A DNA stretch of 63,876 nucleotides, filler included, from Saprolegnia diclina VS20 (lineage: Eukaryota): NCBI RefSeq assembly GCF_000281045.1. It is 20 parts of 16 records of this genome, joined end to end, with 100 filler letters (N's around TTAATTAATTAA, not from the genome) between each part and the next. Parts side by side here need not be neighbours in the genome. Positions count along the whole stretch, not along the records: positions 59,105 to 60,648 come from NW_008246323.1; positions 60,749 to 62,144 come from NW_008246323.1; positions 62,245 to 63,876 come from NW_008246324.1; 17 more parts are not named here. The stretch is one strand, 5' to 3'. Positions 59,528 to 63,876 of the stretch are shown here, one piece after another. A program made the position numbers and the translations under genes. The notes under the pieces are model-generated. The model was not told the DNA's origin, searched no databases, and saw only the letters and a list, made by a program, of their open reading frames with translations. Within the stretch, counting starts at the first letter, position 1. Each line of letters opens with the position of its first letter.

Positions 59528-59889
59528 GTACCACTTGTACACAAGTATGCCCACCGTCGTGTTGAAGGTCGCATAGTACGTCACCGCGGGTGGAGCGTGG
59601 TCCACGGGCACCACCTCGTCCGACATTGGGGCGACTGCCGCCACCGGCAAGCCATTCGCGCATTGCACAATGCGCAGCAATTGGTCGATCTTGGATTCGT
59701 ACCGATCAATCTTGGTCTCAAGAAGGCTGTACTGCGAGCTGAGCTCGCGCAAGGCAAAGGCAGTGTCGCACTTCTGGCGACATATAGATATATGAAATCA
59801 ACCAACATTATTGTATTTTGGCTATCCATTCACGCACGCCACAGCGTTGGAACAAAACAATTGTCGGAGCTTGGACGTGGTTGATGACC

Positions 59890-60160
59890 GTGATGAGCGT
59901 CGTCTCGATCATGTACTACATGACCCCGTACTTGAACAGGGACGTGGTGAGCGCACCGCGACCTTCTTGAATCCAAGCGACGACGTCGCAAATGTCCTTG
60001 TTGCGGCTCGTAAACAGCGCCGCGAGAGAGATTGATACCAAGTACATTTCAGGTGCTGCAGCGCACCAATCGGCACCGCTGCGTCCGAGAGCGCCAAGCC
60101 AACATGCGCGGCCTTGAACGCGCCACAGTCGCTCGTGCTGTCGCCCGTCATATCTCCCCA
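59890..60160 (-). pseudogene. P5-type ATPase fragment
   Basis: Degenerate hinge motif MTGDSTSDCGAFKAAHVGLALSDA, then FTS..I.DVV..I.EGR.AL.TS..FKY. Confidence 0.7.
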
Positions 60161-61139
60161 TATTTTCTACATCGAGACAATAGTCTACATCGAGACGATA
60201 GTATCAAAGTAACAGGACGCGACGTACCCTTGCGCCACGAGCTGCTGAACGATCCACGTCTTGGTTTGGGGCTTGACGCGGGCAAAGATCTTGGTGTCGC
60301 GAATCAAGTGCGGAAGCAAGCTCTCAAAGTCCGTGTTGTGGGCCACAACCGCGAGTGACGTGCCACGCTACGTCTATCGCCGCGGCTTGGAGCGTCTCTT
60401 GGCGCGCCAGAACTCGCGCTCGCGGCCAACGTCTCGTCCACACGGGCCAGAGCATCACACATCCAGACGTATCGATCGGTGTAGTACCTTTAAGAACGCT
60501 CTTGCTGAGCCATCGGTCCGCCGAGCACCTTGTTGCCGAGCCAAGAGTGGACGGCCTAGGTGACGCACGTGATGGCGCATTTCCGACTGCATACATTGTG
60601 CCAATGGCCGCGAGCGGTCCACGCTCTGGAGGCGCGTCAGTAGAGACCNNNNNNNNNNNNNNNNNNNNNNNNNNNNNNNNNNNNNNNNNNNNTTAATTAA
60701 TTAANNNNNNNNNNNNNNNNNNNNNNNNNNNNNNNNNNNNNNNNNNNNCACAAGTCGTTCCGAGCCATGGCTGAACAGTCGAGGTCGATGGTGACGGTCG
60801 CCGCGAAATCGAACGTCACTCACCAATCAGCGAGAGTCGTCCTGAAGCGTCACCCAGCTTTGCGCTTATCAACACTGCATCACCAATGCCAAGCTTAGCG
60901 CGTTCTTTCACATGCTCCTCGAGACGCTTGCCGAACTGCAAAAAATGGCTGCCAGAATGCCAGCACACGCCCACATTGACGTTTGTATGATGACACAACA
61001 TACAAACATCAAGTACAAACAGAGAAGACCAATCATGTCGCTTGAAAGCAATGCATGCGAGAGACGATTGGCAAGCTAACAAGCGTGACCGGATGGGGTC
61101 TGTCACAGGTTCATTCACCCAGACGTTGATGTGAACGTG

Positions 61140-61390
61140 ACCCGTGCCGCCGACCCGCACCTCCGACCCGCGCAGCCGACCCGCGCTCATGACCATGCGC
61201 TACCAACCCGCGGTCCCGACCATACGCCGTCGGCCCGCGCCGCCGTCCCGCGCCCACGACCTTGCGCCCACGAACCGCGCTTGCGACCATGCGCCGCCGA
61301 CCCGCGCTCATGACCATGCGCCGTCGGCCCGCGCCCATGACCTTGCGCCGCCGACCATGCACCCACGACCATGCGCCCACGAACCGTGCT
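61140..61390. repeat. Degenerate GC-rich minisatellite (18/36-bp units)
   Basis: Repeated ccgacccgcgctcatgaccatgcgc / cggcccgcgcccacgaccttgcgcc. Confidence 0.75.
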
Positions 61391-62244
61391 CCCGGTGTTG
61401 CTCGAGACCGACGGTCGGGCGTGGTCGATCGTAGTGAGGCGACGAGTTGAAAACATGGTGCATCTTGCTCGCTACAGTTATCAGAGTCGCGCCAACGAGC
61501 CTTGGTGTTGGCTGGTCGGTGCAAACGCGGCTCGTCTGCGTCGGTGCCGATGCCAAGCGTTATCTGGTCGGCGTCCGTTGGCGGTATGTCGTCTCGGAGC
61601 GATCTTGGTCGCGCCGCTCGCTTGAAAGCCATGCCTGGGTGCCGATGGCGTGTGATCTGCCTTGCATCTTGGAGAAGCCGTTGGTCGGGAGAGACGGGGG
61701 GTCTCGCCGCGACTGCTGGTTGTCGATCTTGCGCGACTTGGCCGCGGTCGCCGCTTGTTGAAGATGTCGAGAGTGGCTCAGCAGCGCAGCCCCCAAATAG
61801 AGCGGTGCTTGAGGTGCTTGGACGTCACGAGTGTTGTTGTCGGGGCGAGTGGCGGGGCTGCGACTTGTCGTCTCTCGTTGGTGCTTCTAGAGGTAAAGAT
61901 AGTGAGCACTCTTGTGAAAGCGCGGCTTGATCCAGTTGCAAGGTCGCCGTGCCTGAGTCGCTGGGTACGGCGGCGCGCATGCACACGTAGGAGCTTCGGT
62001 ACGCACCAACTGTGCATCGGGCGCGATCTCCGCAAGGGGCTCGCGTGCTTCGATGCTGCTGGGGCACAATGTTGGCTGAACGTCCAGCGCTGTTGTCGAA
62101 TCGTCGCTGCCGTCGCCGCGTTGGAGTATCGGTGCCGTCGCAGCNNNNNNNNNNNNNNNNNNNNNNNNNNNNNNNNNNNNNNNNNNNNTTAATTAATTAA
62201 NNNNNNNNNNNNNNNNNNNNNNNNNNNNNNNNNNNNNNNNNNNN

Positions 62245-63876
62245 CAAGCACGACGTCGACTCAAACATGGAGAGGATGCTGCACGTGATCGAGTAGACGA
62301 GCATGCAAAAGCAGAAGATGAGGACCGCACCACCGACGACCGGGTAGCTGCCGCCGTTGCGCTGGAGCTCGTGGAGCTGGAGCTTTTGCTTTGGGAGGAA
62401 GACCGCCGTGCAGCAGGCGATGAGGAAGCCCGAATAGTAGATGAGGTACGTGTACGTGACTTGGTTGCGCACGTGCTTGGTGTCCGAGAGGATCGAGTCT
62501 TCGTCGACGTCAAAGTTGCGGTAGATTTGGTTGGCCAGCACCGGGCCGACAGCCGACGGGAGGTTCGAGACCGTCGTGAGGAGACCGTACACGATACCTT
62601 CGTTGCCGACTTCAGCGAGCTCGACAATGACGAACGTCGTGACGATGAAGAGGACGCCCTGCGGCAGCATCTCGACGATGGGCACCCCGAGGTAGAACCA
62701 CTGGTTGCGAACGACGTTGTAAAACGTGCAGAACTGCACTATCATGTCGATCGCGATCGTAGACAAGGTAGTCGAGACGATGACGATGCGCCAGTTCCAG
62801 TTGGTGCCCCACTTGCCGATGGCCGTGATGATCGCCGCAAAAATAAGGTTGGAGACGATGCTCATAAGCTGGCTGTTGAGATTCTCGACCTTGGCCCAGT
62901 AGAGCTGCACGTACGGCGCGGCCGTCGACGAAAAGCCGCCGCCAAAGAGGTTGTAGAAGAAGTTGAAGAGCATGATCTGCCACATGGCGCGCTTCTGGAC
63001 GAGCTGCCACACCTGCGCGAGGTACTCGGAAAACGGTGCGGCTTGGTGCTTGTGGTCCTTGATAAAGAAGTACGTGATCGGAAGCATCGCGATACACGGC
63101 ACGCAAAGGATGATGTACATCGTGTTGAGGCCAAAGTCCCACGTGTACGAGCCGGCGAAACGAGGCGAGTTCATGCAAAAGCCCACCAACCCGCCAACTA
63201 CGGTGGTGCAGACGGTGCGCGTGGCGTAAACAAGCGACTGCATACGGCCACGCGTCGCGATCGGCTCACGCTGGGCGTACTCGACGACCAAAGCGTCCGC
63301 CGGGACATCGGCAAAGAGGTACGAGATCGTCGCGAGGCCAAAGAGAATGGCCATCACACCGCCCTTGTCCTTGGCGTTGTAGTTGACCGTCGCGTTCTGC
63401 GCGTCCGAGCGCTCAAACGCCGGGATCTTGGAGACACTGTGATCGCTGTAGTACGGGCGGTCCTTGTCGATAAAGGTGATGACGAGGAGGAAGCAGAGGC
63501 AGCACGTCCAGCCGATCATCATCCACGACTTGCGGCGGTAGCCCTTGATAGGCAAGCAGTCCGAGATCATGCCGATGAAGGCCTTGAGCGACCAGCCAAT
63601 GCCAAGAAGCGTCTTAGCCGAATTGTACTGCGCACCGGTCATGTGGTAGTAGCCCGTGATGACGGGATACAGAAGCGACGGCAGCGTGCCGTAAACAAAA
63701 CCGACAGCCACGTACTGCGCGAGGAGACCAATGACTTCGCGGCTCATGTAGTCGGGCGCGCCACCGGCGCGGAGGGCACCGCCCTCGAGCTCGCCGGGGG
63801 TTTTGACGTCGCCGTAGTCTTCGCCAGCGGCCTTGTCTTGGGTCACCGAGACGTACGAGACGCGTTCTTGGAGCTC
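62245..63876 (-). CDS. Folate-biopterin transporter (FBT/BT1, MFS), both ends truncated
   Basis: GGALRAGG..GLLAQY, WSLK.F.G.ISDC.PI.GYRRKSWM, DVPADA..VEYAQREP..RGR.Q, EG..YGLLTTVSNL; about 12 TM helices. Confidence 0.92.

Overview
Eukaryotic DNA of high GC with short (about 43-56 nt) GT-AG introns. The gene content (elicitin-like proteins, ricin-B and galactose-binding lectins, a folate-biopterin transporter, oomycete INR/FPR promoters) points to an oomycete, most likely Saprolegniales (Saprolegnia-like). The window is not one locus. It is about 20 small unplaced scaffolds joined by 19 artificial 100-nt linkers (N44-TTAATTAATTAA-N44), so adjacency across linkers means nothing. Many contig ends stop about 95 nt into a repeat, consistent with a K=96 assembler. 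Host genes: two elicitin-like genes, a membrane protein, a lectin with at least 8 domains, tandem long-chain acyl-CoA synthetases, an HSF-type factor, ankyrin and zinc-ribbon genes, ricin-B lectins, ALDH, tRNA-Pro, Zn-ADH, an ABCB transporter, a glucosidase II beta/MRH protein, a bacterial-type RNase HII fragment and an FBT transporter. Mobile DNA: an intact chromodomain Gypsy element, an internally deleted Copia element carrying a novel coiled-coil ORF, two Helitron relics, Harbinger remnants, a tRNA-derived SINE with TSD, a tailed retroposon next to the tRNA, and several inverted-repeat elements. Best candidates for novelty: an uncharacterised Rho-N/HeH-domain gene family, the Copia-derived cargo ORF, a tRNA-Pro with a U53:A61 pair, a ricin-lectin gene bracketed by structured inverted repeats, and a palindrome in place of a tRNA primer site in the Gypsy element. 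All family assignments are from motif recognition by eye; no searches were run.
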